Below are positions 1 to 14,411 of a DNA stretch of 64,000 nucleotides, piece after piece; within the stretch, counting starts at the first letter, position 1, and every line of letters starts with the position of its first letter. Both the position numbers and the translations under genes were made by a program. The stretch covers positions 82,584,001-82,648,000 of the forward strand of contig OX597822.1 in assembly GCA_951406725.2 (NCBI GenBank), written 5' to 3'. The notes under the pieces were generated by a model that was not told the origin of the DNA, ran no database searches, and was given only the letters and a program-made list of their open reading frames with translations. The DNA is from Octopus vulgaris. Lineage: Eukaryota.

Positions 1-426
1 GACATATCCACGTCAGACTTGTATTAAGGTAGTAGGTGTTTGTGGCTTGTGTGTGTGTGTGTATATAAATGTCAGTGTGTTTATGGACGAATGTGTGTGT
101 GTGTGTCTATTCAATTATATGCGTGTTTAGGTGGTTTGTGCATATTGGCTGCTAGCTCAGCCTTGCCCCATCTAGAAGCGCTTGTGCAGAAATAGATACA
201 CAGCTATACATTCACACAACCACACATAATTGTTTCTGATTTAGGTACAAACAAGTCTAGTAATTTTGAGGGGAGGGGCTCTGTCAGTACCATCGATCCT
301 GGTACTTGGCTATTTATTTTATCAACTACAGAAGGATTTGAATGCAGGAAGTATTCAAGCCTGTTAGAAATACTGCAAGGTGTTTTTCCAACAGTTAACA
401 ATTCTGCCAGCACCGTACATCATATT

Positions 427-998
427 TTGTCTTTTACTTGTTTCAGTCATTAGACTGCGGCCATGCTGGGGCACCACCTTGAGGAATCTCTTAGTCAGAT
501 GAATCAACTCCAATACTTTTTATTTAAAGCTTGACTTATTCTGTTGGGCCCTTTTGCCGAACTACTAAGTTACAGAGATGTAATCAAACCAACACCAGTT
601 TTCCAGCACAGACACAAAGACACATCCGCTTATGCATATATATACATACACACGCATATATATATATACACACACATGTATATATACACACACATATATA
701 TATACACACACACACACATATATATATACACACATACACATGTATGTATATATATGTGTGTATATGTGTTTGTATATATATATATGTATATAAGTGTACA
801 TATGTATGTGTGTGTGTGTGTGTGTATATATGTCTGGTGTATGCATATATGTGTGTGTGTATATATACACACACACATATGTTAAGCTTCTTTCAGTTTC
901 TCTCAACCAAATCCACTCACACAAAGCTTTGATCAGCCCAAAGTCATAGTAGAAGACAGTTACCCAAGGTGCCATGCAGTGAGACTAAACCGAGAATC
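427..998 (-). mobile_element. tRNA-derived SINE family A with internal (CA/TA) microsatellite
   Basis: Reverse complement of the family consensus (ggctgtgtggtaagaagcttgcttcccaaccacatggttccgggttcagtcccactg...gaaactgaaagaagcc...ccagcatggccgcagtc.aatgactgaaacaagtaaaag). Other copies at about 5100-5230, 8300-8575, 23450-23620, 25935-26140, 38470-38700, 45660-45870 and 54522-54680. Confidence 0.8.
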
Positions 999-2198
999 AC
1001 AAATAATGATAATGATGATTTCAAATTTTGACACAAGTTTAAGATGTGGGTTAGTCAATCACATTGACCCCAGTACTTGACCGGTATGTATTTTGTTGAC
1101 CCCAAAAGAATGAAAAGCCAAGCTGACATCTACAAAATTTTGATCCAGAATCAGAAGAAATGCTGGTCTCCATTTTGTTTAGCGCATTAATGGTTCTACA
1201 AGCTTGCTGTCTTTCATAATCACAAATAAGGAAGATAATGATTCTTTTCTCTTCTACTATAGACTCACAAGGCCTGACATTTCTGAGGGAGGGTACCTGT
1301 CGATTACATCAACCCAAGTGCTTAACTGGTACTTATTTTATCAATTGCAAAAGGATTAAAGGCTAAGTCAACCTTGGTATATTTTGAACTCAAAGCATAA
1401 AGTTGGAAGAAATGCCACAAAGCATTTTATCCAATAATAATTCTGCCAGGTCTTTCAGTCAGTGTTAGAAATCAATTGTTATTGACACAGTGGTATGTCA
1501 TCATCGTCATCATCATCATCATTTAATGTCCGTTGTCCATGCTGGCATAGGTTGGACGGTTTGACCGGGCTGGCATGCTGGAAAGCTGCATCAGACTCCA
1601 GTCTGATTTGTCATGGTTTGCTATGGCTGGATGCTCTTCCTAATGCCAACCATTCTGAGAATGAAACGGGTGTTTTTTGCGTGTCACTGGTATCTGCCAC
1701 AACTGCGATTTTGCTCAGCTTGATGGGTTTTCTTCTCAAGCACAACACATTGCCAAAATTCTTGATCATTACCTCTACGAGGCCCCAACACTGGAAAGGA
1801 ACTTGGTCACAGAAGTCAGAGAAAATACCTTGCAATATTCAGAAGCATCTATAGTGAGAGGTTGGCAGAATCATGAGGATGCTGGGCAAAATGCTTCGCT
1901 GCATTTTGTTTGTCTTCGAGTTCTGAGATCAAATTCTGCCATTGTCAAATTCCCTTTTCATCTTTTCCGGTTGATAAAATAAATACCAGTTGAACATTAG
2001 AGTCGCTGTAAATTGACTTACCTCCTCCCCTGAAAATACTGGTCTTGTGCCAAAATTTAAAACCAGTATTTAGAAGCATCCCTTAATGTTTTGGTTCCAA
2101 ATATTATTGAAGGGTGGATTTTGCATTTTCATGCTTCTTTGGATTGATGAAAGAATTAGTTGTGAGATTCTGAGGTTGCTAAAGCCAAATGTTCTTTC

Positions 2199-2472
2199 TT
2201 CCAAGATTTTTGGCCTTTTGCCCATGTTAAGTTCCAAGGTTGCTATAACCAATTATTCTTTATTCCATGATGGCCTTGTGCATATATCAGGTTCTGAGGT
2301 TGCTGTAACTCACGGTTATTCCAAGATTTCTGGCCTTGTGCCCATGTTAAGTTCCGAGGTTGCTATAACCAATTGTTCTTTACTCCGTGATAGCCTTGTA
2401 CATATATCAGGTTCTGAGGTTGCTGTACCCCACTGTTCTTCCAAGATTTCTGGCCTTGTGTCTATATATCGG
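2199..2472. repeat. Tandem repeat, 120-bp unit x about 2.3 (two related 60-bp subunits)
   Basis: ttccaagattt.tggcctt recurs at 2199, 2319 and 2439; ggccttgtg..gaggttgct recurs every 60 bp. Confidence 0.85.
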
Positions 2473-5400
2473 AAAACAATGATTATTACCATAGGTAGAA
2501 ACCTATGACAGAAATTGCAGGTTTTCAAATAAATGAAAGTCACCTCATTTCCTAACTTTGCACAAGATATACATCTCAGTCTTCCACATAACAGAATAGG
2601 TCCTCTTGTTTCCAATCTCTGATGACAATGTCAGGTCTTTTATGTTTACATATTTATTGAAAGATATGAATGATTGGAATTTTGATTGGAAAACCTGTGG
2701 CACTGCTCTTATCCCTCCCACGTCTTCCTCAATGTCAATACACTATATTTCTGTACAAGTAACATGAATACACATAAAATAGATGCACTTATTATTTACT
2801 CTGACAATGTAAACATTAAATGAAAGCCAGAAGAATTACACAGAGTAAGGCGGGGTTTAAGCATGTATTTTGCCTTTGAGTTATTCTCACATTAGATAAT
2901 GTAGTCCTAGATATACTGTGGTTGAATGAAAAAGAAAGGAGCTGTTCATTGGAATACCATCGATCATACATCTGCTGAGTCACTTCTGACCAGGGGTTAA
3001 ACAGCAAAAACAAAAAATTCTCAATAACATTTGCAACACCAATAATCAAAACAGCAAATCAGAGAGCCTTTACATTACCATTCAACTTGCTAGAAATAGC
3101 TACTAAATCATCCTCAAAATAACTTCTTACTCTCTTAAAAACAAAGGAGACATACATTTGATGGCGCTTGTGCCAGTGGCACGTGAAAAACAACATTTGA
3201 GCATGGCCATTGCCAGAACTGCCTGACTGGCCCTCATCCTGGTGGTATGTAAAAGCACCCTCTACACTCTCGGAGTGGTTGGTGTTAGGAAGGGCATCCA
3301 GCTGTAGAAACTCTGCCAGATCAGATTGGAGCCTGGTGCAGCCATCTGGCTCGCCAGTCCCCAGTCAAACCGTCCAACCCATGCCAGCATGGAAAGCAGA
3401 CATTAAATGATGATGATGATGAGTCAAATATATAAAGCAGCAAGCTGGCAGAATCAGTATCATGCCAGGCAAAATGCTCAGCAGCGTTTCTTATGACCTT
3501 ACATGCTGAATTCAAATGCTACCAGGGTTGACTTAGCCTTTGATCCTTTCAGGATCAGTAAAATGAATACCACTCATGTACTGGGGGTCAATGTAAATTG
3601 ATTTACTCTCACACTCTGAACTTGCTGGTCTTGTGCCAATATTTGAAACCAAAATAGTCTAAGATAGTTTAAGCCTGGAAAAAAGTTCAGATGGTCATGG
3701 CTGGAATGCCATTGATCTTGGCTAACTTTGGGTTAAACAATTTTGATAATGAGACAACAATTTCGTCATGGTCTCTAAGCCTCAGTTTAGTAAAGGTCTT
3801 TGGCTTAGTGGTTAGTGTATTTGGCTCACGATCTTAAGGTCTTGGGTTCAATACTCAACAGCACATTGTATCATTGAGCAAGACACTTAATTCCGTATTG
3901 CTCTAGTTCACTCAGCTGGCAAAAACCAGTTCTACCTGGATTTCAAAGGCCAGCCATGTCACATTCTGTGTCATGCTGAATCTCCATGAGAACTATGTTA
4001 AGGGTACATGTGTCTCTGGAGTGCTCAGCCCTTTCCACATTAAATTTCATGTGCAGGCAGTTCTGTTGGTCATATCAACAGGAACTATGGTTGTCATAAC
4101 TGACCGGGTGCCAGTCATTCCTCAGGTTAAAATTACAGAAACCAACTTTGACAATTAAAAAAAATTAATCTAATGGATCAGAATTGACTTGTACTTACAC
4201 ACACATACAAACACATACGTACATACATATATATACATACATACATACATGTATGTGTGTGTATGTATGTATGTATGTATATCCATGAGCAAATTAGGAG
4301 ACTAGTCAATAACAATGCTCTTGTTGTTCTTACCATTGCTGATATCGTTTCACTGTTTTACCTTAAGAAAAAACAAGACAATACTCTCATCATGGTGGTG
4401 GTGGTGGTTGTAACCATCATTTCATTACATTTTGTTTTCCTTTTGATTTGTTTTGTTCTTCATGCTTGGTTAAATGTTTTGCTCTGATTGAGGGTTGAAC
4501 CAATATACTGTCTGCACTACACACACACGCACACACACAAAAAAAAAAACACAGGTGCATGACAAAGAACAAAAGAACTGCTGTATCAAGATACCTCCCC
4601 ATCCCCACCCATCCTACTACTCCAATGTCAAAGCTTAGACCTAAGTATTCCTGGTGGGTGGGCAGGTGGGAGGTCACCGTTTGTCACTTACCCCTAAAAC
4701 AAAGAAACTCAAGCCCATCTTCAATGGAAAGTATACACTTCAGATGTCATTCAATCTGACATTTATATCACAATTGTCTGATTAGTTTCATTAAATCTCA
4801 GCACCATACTAATGTTCCCATTCACCCTTCTTTTAGTATGCTTTTGGTGGACACACAAGTAGCTGAGTGGTTAAGCAGTTTGTTTTGCAACCACGAGGAC
4901 CTGAGTTCAGTTCCGCTGCAGAGTACTTAAAGGCAAGTGTATTTTTTTATGAGAGTTTCTGCTGACCTAAACCTTATTAAGTGAAGCTGGCTAAGTGGAA
5001 ACTATACAGAAGCCCATTTGATGGATGGTGCTTGTAATTTGGCCACTTATCACAAACTGTCTCTTGCTAATTCTATTTGATATTTATGTTGAATGTGTGG
5101 GTGTGGCTGTGTGGTAAGAAGTTTGCTTCCCAACCACATGGTATTGGGTTCAATCTGACTGCATAGCACCTTGGGCTACTACTATAACTCTGTCTTCTAC
5201 TATAACTCCAGGAAACTGAAAGAAGCCTATTATACGTCTGTATGCTACTGTCTCCTTAGCTTGAAATTGTGTCATAATTGTAAATAAATGTCAACATCAT
5301 GTAAGGGGTGTCCATCATTTCTAATTGTTCTCGATAACAGGTGAGGGTTGGCAACAGGGAAAGCATCCAGCCAAAGAAAATCTGCTTCAACAAATTCCAC

Positions 5401-6260
5401 CTGATCCATGTGAACATGGAAAAGCAGATGTTAAAACAGTAATGATGATGATGATGTACATGTGTGATGAACAATCAGTTATCATCATCATCATCATTAT
5501 CAGCCTTTAACATCCGTTGTCCATGCTGGCCTGAGTTAGACTGTTTGACCAGAGCTGGCAAGCTGGGTAGCTGCATCAAGTTCCAGTCTGATTTAGCTTG
5601 GTTTTTATGGTTACATGCCCTTCTTAACGCCAACCACATTACAGTGTGTGCCGGGTATTTTGAACATGACAGCATATGATGTGTCTTAATGTGGCAATGG
5701 CCCAAGTGCTTTTCATGTGGAACAGGAACAAAGCTGGCACCACTTATTAATTTAATGAGCCATCCAGCTGATTAAACACCTGAATACTCACAGTAACCAA
5801 CAAAGGGTCCCACATTTTCTTTCTTTTGTTTTTTTAGTTTCTGTTGTTCTTCAGGTTAGCTCTTATTGAGCAGATCTATGATCAAAGGTGCTCCAACTAT
5901 GGCCATCACTTGCCATCTACTGCAGTTATAGTTGTTAAGCACTAATCTCAGGCTGGAAAGAGAACCAGGTCGCCAGATGGAACTTGGACCACATATCAGT
6001 CATCATCACCATCATCATCATCATCATCAAACATCTATTTTCCATGCTGGCATGGGTTGGACGGTTTGACAGGTGCTGGCAAGACTAGGGTCTACACCAG
6101 GTTCCCTAGCCATTTTGGCATGGTCTCTTACTGCTTGATGCCCTTCCTAACACTCACCAATTATAAAGTGCAGTCACTTGCTATCCTGCAATCTTTCAGG
6201 TTGTAATAGATATGTATATATATATATATCAAAATAAGTAAGAAGATACCAAGTAGTAAT

Positions 6261-6344
6261 ACAGTACAACTGTTTCAAACGGCTCCATTTAATTGAACAA
6301 TGCAATCATTACATCAATTTAAATACAGCGCTATCTTCAGCTGA
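6261..6344 (-). ncRNA. Hammerhead ribozyme motif in a PLE-type remnant (approx. 6230-6500) between (TA)n tracts
   Basis: Minus strand reads cag-CTGAAGA-[long imperfect stem II, atttaaattga/tcaattaaat]-GAAA-cagttg-TA-ctg. Confidence 0.65.
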
Positions 6345-6529
6345 AAAAATATGGATTTTTAACAGACAAGATATATTAATATAATTTTTCTTAAATATTT
6401 TAACAGAGCAAGAGGATGGAAGAATTTCATGTTGTCACTATTGTAGCAAGAATAGCTAAGAGAAGAACAAAACGACAATTTCTAGAGTGGTATGGAGCAC
6501 AGTGGGGTCTCTCTCTCTCTCTTTCTCTC

Positions 6530-6789
6530 TTTATATATATATATATATATACATACATATATATATAGAGAGAGAGAGATTGTGTACTGCTCTGTTACCA
6601 AGAGTATCCCATATATATATATGCATGTATATATATATGTATATATGTATATATATATGTATGTATATATATATGTATGTATATATATATGTATGTATAT
6701 ATATATGTATGTATATATATATGTATGTATATATATATATGTATGTATATATATATGTATGTATATATATATGTATGTATATATATATG

Positions 6790-6821
<32 letters not shown>

Positions 6822-6955
6822 TGTATGTATATATATATGTATGTATATATGTATGTATATATATATGTATGTATATATATATGTATATATATATGTATAT
6901 GTATGTATATATATATGTATGTATATGTATGTATATATATATGTATGTATATATG

Positions 6956-6989
<34 letters not shown>

Positions 6990-7000
6990 ATATATGTATA

Positions 7001-7042
<42 letters not shown>

Positions 7043-7091
7043 ATATGTATATATATGTATATATATGTATATATATGTATATATATGTATG

Positions 7092-7136
<45 letters not shown>

Positions 7137-7291
7137 ATATATATGTATGTATATATGTATGTATATATATATATATGTATATATATATGTGTATGTATAT
7201 ATGTATGTGTATGTATATATGTATATATATATGTGTATATATATATGTGTATGTATATATGTATGTATATATGCATATATGTATACATATG

Positions 7292-7335
<44 letters not shown>
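6530..7335. repeat. Compound (TA)n/(TATG)n microsatellite, about 0.8 kb
   Basis: Direct reading. Confidence 0.95.
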
Positions 7336-7336
<1 letters not shown>

Positions 7337-8573
7337 GATAAAAGGAATTAGTAAACCTAGGCATATATTAAGAAAGCACTCTGTGGTCAAGTGGAACTGG
7401 TTAACAACATCAAACAATCAGATACCAATAAATTCTAATAGAATTAACATCCAAGGTAATTCCTTGTGTATGATATGCAAATCTAGATATTGCTTGGTAG
7501 AGTTTCAAGAACTCCGAAGTATATAACAGCAAGAATAGAAAATATTACATCTTTATTTGATGATTAAATGCATACACATCAACATCATCATCATCATCAT
7601 TGTCGTTTAATGTTTGCTTTCCTTACTGGCATGGGTTGGATGGTTTCACTGAGGGCTGGCAAACCAGAAGGCTGTACCATGCTCCAATCTGATCTGGCAA
7701 AGTTTCTACAGCTGGATGCCCTTCCTAATGCCAACCACTCCAAGAGTGTAGTGGGTGAATTTTATGTGCCACCAGCATGAGGGCTAGTCTGGCGGCACTG
7801 GTAACGACCATGCTGAAATGGTGCTTTTTATGGTGCATGGAAGCCAGTCAGATGGTACTGGCATTGACCACGCTTGAATAGTGCTTTTTACATGCCATTG
7901 GCACATGATCACACACATACACATAATGAAAACCAGTATCCATGGTAACTGATGATTGTTATCATCAGAAACTAAGTGTTTATTTAAGTTTGCAGATTCT
8001 GATAAGTTTGTAAGCCATTGGGAGATAAGTACACTGATGTTATTCGTGAAGCATCCTCTGTAGGAGAGAAAGAACGTTTTAAATGTTTAATAACGGTAAC
8101 GCTAGGAACAGAAGTTTGAAGAACATAAGGGTTGTGGGGTGGAAAGAGGTAAAGAAAAATAAGAATGTATGTGTGTAAAAGTAAACACACATATATCCGA
8201 GGGAGTGTTGAAAAGTTCCTGGCTTTAATGGTAATGTGAAAGTTCTGGTTGGTGACCCAACCTTCCAAGTTCTTTTACAGGGCTTGGAAAAACTGAAGTC
8301 TTCAACTATAACCTTGGGCCAACCAAAGCCTTGTGGGTGGATTTGGTAGACGGAAACTGAAAGAAGCCTGTCGTTTATATATATATGTGTGTGTGAGTCC
8401 CAATATCGCTTGACAACCGATGCTGGTGTGTTTATGTCCCTGTAATTTAGCAGTTTGGCAAAAGTGACCAATACAATAAGTACTAGGCTTACAAAGAATA
8501 AGTCCTGGGGGTCGATTTGCTCAACTAAAGGTGGTGCTCCAGCATGGCCACAGTCAAAATGACTGAAACAAAA

Positions 8574-8607
<34 letters not shown>

Positions 8608-8612
8608 GCACA

Positions 8613-9461
8613 CTAGCAATGCATCCCAGCATTGCCCAGGTGTTATGACCTACAGCTTCATTGTATTTTTTATTCCTTTCTTATGGGCAGAATCAGCACA
8701 GCTGATATATATGTCACCTTGGACATGTGTGTGTGTGCACACGCTAAAGGAAGTTCTTTTACGGCATGCTTTCGTTTGAAGCAGCAAAATTGTCAACTCA
8801 ATCATATGGGATCATGTGATTGTTTGTTAATTTTGTTATGCTTTAAAGAGAACCGAATTTGAAAGAAAGGAGAAAGTGAAAGATGTATGTACAAGTATAT
8901 GAAATGGATGTGTGTGTGTGTGTGAAAGAGAGAGAGAGTGTGTGAATGAGTGAAGATGTATTGTCATGTATGTATTTTTTTGCATGTATGTGTAAGTGGC
9001 ACTCACTCTCACTTTCTATTTCTCTCTCTCTCACACACACACACACACATTATCTTTCATATACATGTACATAAATACATATGCATACATCTTTTCTATA
9101 TATATGTGTGCATGTGAGAGAGAGAGAGAGTGGCTGTATTTCCTCATAACATAGATAAATGGATGTCTTTTAATGAATTTTTTTTTTTGTTGTGGCTTAT
9201 TTTAATACAATATTTATGTGTACATTTTCATAAATATTTTTCTGAGTAGAATTCTAAACATGTGTGAAATATGGGTGAAAGTGAAGCATTAGAAGGAAAT
9301 CGAAATATTGCCCGAAAACGACCTCAAAATTGTGTGACCTGACCTCGTTTCCGAGGTTATTTTAATAGTAAAAAACAGTTGTTGAGCCAAAAACATAGTT
9401 TATTTGGTAGCCTCTATACATATATGTAGATGATAAGCAGCTTTCTTTATTATAGTACAGA
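8613..9461 (-). mobile_element. Non-autonomous Helitron-like element
   Basis: The minus strand begins A|TCtgtactataataaag and ends with hairpin cctgggcaatgctggg + atgcattg + CTAG|T. These are the TC...hairpin-CTRR ends inserted in an AT dinucleotide. Confidence 0.7.
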
Positions 9462-9764
9462 TGTGACTAATTTGGAGAAACATTGCTTTCATTATTCACA
9501 CATCATGCACTCTTGTAATGCAACACTTTGTAATTTTGGTTTACATTGAAAGTGTGAAACTATTTTCACTCTCTTGAAACCTGGTCATTGTAGAGCAGTT
9601 ATCTTTCAAATAACTATAGCTGGTTGTTGAGATAATGTAGAAAATATGTAAATGAAAATAAAGTTTATTTGGTTGCTGAAAGATTACTAAATCTTTTGAT
9701 ACTAAATCTTTTGAAAATTGGCAATTCAGTTTCCGAGTGCTACGTAACACTCACACACAAACTC

Positions 9765-9801
<37 letters not shown>

Positions 9802-10376
9802 CATCATCATATGTCCATTGTCCATGCTGGCATGGATTGGATGGTTTGACTGGGCTGGCATGCTGGAAAGCTGCACCAGGCTCCAATCTGATTTGGCTTG
9901 GTTTTCTATGGTTAGATGCCCTTCCTAACACTGACCACTCCGAGAGTGTACTGGGTGCTTTTACATGTCACTAGCATGGGTGCCATTTGTGTGACACCAG
10001 TATCTGCCACAACTGCAGTTTTGCTCGGCTTGATGGGTCTTCTCAAGTACGACATAATGCCCAAGGCCTTAGTCATTGCCTCTGTGAAGCCCAACACTCG
10101 AAAGGAACTCGGTCACTTTGCCTCTGTGAGGACCCAAAGCTCAAAAGGAACTCAGCCATCTCACTTCTGTGTGTTTGTCCCCTACCACTGGTTGACAATC
10201 GGTGTTGGTGTGTTTATGTCCCCATAACCTAAAAGTGGCCTCTAGTGTATCAGGACTAAAATAATAAAAATATGTACTGGGGTCAATTTGTTCGACTAAA
10301 ATTGTTCAAGCTGATGTCCCAGCATGGCCACAGTCTAATGACTGAAACAAGTAAAAGATACGATATCTATCTTTAA

Positions 10377-10432
<56 letters not shown>

Positions 10433-11254
10433 AGTGTATGTATATACTCATACACACAGACATATATTCAAAGACACATTTTTTCTTTTGTCTAGAACCT
10501 CCTTCGTTGTTCAAGATATTCTGCTTCACCCCCACCTCCACAATCCACTCCTGTCACATAATTATTTGTTAGGGAAGTATTAATTCTATGTCATACACGG
10601 AAACTGAATGAGCAACACTGAAAACTAAATAGAATATAATTCTCTATAAACATCGGTTCTTTTGGTCTGATCTGTTCTGTCCTGTGTTTGTGAGGTGTTT
10701 TTGAAAACATAATTGTTTACATTTATGAATTAAAAAACAAAAAATTTCCTTATTTCCTCATTGATAAAAGAAATATTTTGGGTTAAGAAAACAATATACA
10801 ATAGTGTCTTCAAGATTCTTGTCTACTAACAAAAAAAAGTAAAGCACCTAAATTTTCATCCAGTCCCATCATTATCATCATCATCATCATTGTTGTCGCC
10901 ATCACTGAAAATCCACTTTAACATGCTTGCATGGGTTGGGCCGAATTTGTTGAGGCAGAGTTTCTAAGGCCAGATGCCCTCTCTGTCTTCAACCCTCATC
11001 TGTTTCCGAAGGTAAGGAAGAATGGAATAAACACATATGCTTCAAGAGGACACAGCTTGGATTTTTACCCTATATACTGTGTGGGTGGGGGGAATGAAGT
11101 ACTGCAGAACAATTTCAGGAAGCTGAACCTTTCAAGCAAGATGACAAAGGACCAATTGACCTGGCATCTGGTCATATTCAAGAAGACCCGTACCCCACAG
11201 CAGAAGTGTTATGACTGATCCTTCTGGTAGTGTAAAGCAGTTGTGGTGGTACCA

Positions 11255-11765
11255 TGTAAAATTGCCCGTGTCACATAGAAACACCCATGCAGCAACATAT
11301 AAAAGTACCCGTGCAATGTCACATAAAAGCACCCATGTGGCAACATGTAAAAGCACCCTTGCGGTGTCACATAAGAGCACACATGTTGCAATATGTGAAA
11401 GCACCTGTGCAGTGTCACGTAAAAGTGCTCATGCGGTGTCACATAAAAACACCCATGTGGCAACATGTAAAAGCACCCATGCAGTGTCACATACGAGCAC
11501 ACATGTGGCAACTTGTAAAAGCACCCATGCAGTGTCACGTAAAAGTGCTCATGCGGTGTCACATAAAAACATACATGTGGCAACATGTAAAAGCACCCGT
11601 GCAGTGTCACATAAGAGCACACATGTGGAAACATGTAAAAGCACCTGTGTAGTGTCACATAAAAGCACCCATGTGGCAACATGTAAAAGCACCCATGCCG
11701 TGTCACATAAGAGCACACATGTGGCAACATGTAAAAGCACCTGTGCAGTGCCACATAAAAGCACC
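11255..11765 (+). repeat. Minisatellite, 21-bp unit with 42/63-bp higher-order pattern, about 24 units, fused to a family C tail
   Basis: Alternating gtgtcacataa.agcac.cat / gtggcaacatgtaaaagcacc units; source of the repetitive ORFs on both strands. Confidence 0.9.
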
Positions 11766-11972
11766 CAACACACTCAGTAAAGTGGTTGGCATTAGAAGCC
11801 ATGCCTCAACTGACGATGGAGCCTGGTGCAGCTGCCCAGCTTGTTGCCAGCTCTGGTCAAACCATCCAACCCATGCCAGCATGGACAACTGACTTTAAAT
11901 GAGGATGATGATGATGATGATATACATATCTGTTTGACAATGCAAACAGGAAATATAGAACTCAAAACACAA

Positions 11973-12022
<50 letters not shown>

Positions 12023-12223
12023 TTTGTGTTTTCATTAATATTTGGCAGAAGTAACAGAGTGATTCAGGGGTTGAGAGTTTCATATGTTATCCCTTGTCAA
12101 ACTATTTACAAATCAAAGAGTTATTATAAATATAAACATATACACCCTTCATTTGTAACTAGTTTGGTAAGTGCTAATGTGTGAAACCCTCGACCCCTGA
12201 ATCTCTCTCTCCCTTCTACCAAA

Positions 12224-12275
<52 letters not shown>

Positions 12276-12382
12276 CTGGAAACATAAAAGACTTTTTCTA
12301 TTCCTGAGCGTTATACTAATACATCTGTTTGTTTTCTACACCACCCGTCTTCGTCTTTTGTTTTTTTCCGTAAACTCTCCCT

Positions 12383-12416
<34 letters not shown>

Positions 12417-12559
12417 ATGTATATATATTTATATATGTATGTATATATATGTATATGTGTAATATCTGTATATGTATATATATGTATATATATATATATA
12501 TATATAACCCATGCTAGCATGGAAAACGGACGCTAAACGACGATGATGATGATGATGAT

Positions 12560-14160
<1,601 letters not shown>

Positions 14161-14355
14161 TTTCAAGAAAGTTAGAGGTTGTGAATCCATACCCAATTAT
14201 CAATACACAAGGGTTTATTCATTGCGAAGCAATTACATTACCGAGTGTAATGAATGATTATGATTTATAATAAAAGCAATTTTGCATTAATCTCAGTGCT
14301 TACTCTATAGTTTTGTTGAGTATAAATTCGTTATTCTTAAACAGGAATATTATAA

Positions 14356-14411
14356 ACAGTGACTTCGAAGTTTCAGCCAGCTAAGCTATCATCAGACTTC
14401 GAAGTCACTGT
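14356..14411 (-). ncRNA. Hammerhead ribozyme motif inside a short inverted repeat (approx. 14331-14437)
   Basis: Minus strand reads agt-CTGATGA-t-agc(ttagctg)gct-GAAA-cttcgaag-TC-act. The flanks acagtgacttcgaagt / acttcgaagtcactgt are a perfect 16-bp inverted repeat that extends imperfectly to about 40 bp. Confidence 0.7.

Noticed and set aside
11209-11802. Regularly spaced repeats resembling a CRISPR array or repeat protein
   Set aside because: The units are contiguous 21-mers with no unique spacers, there are no cas genes, and the context is eukaryotic; it is a minisatellite.
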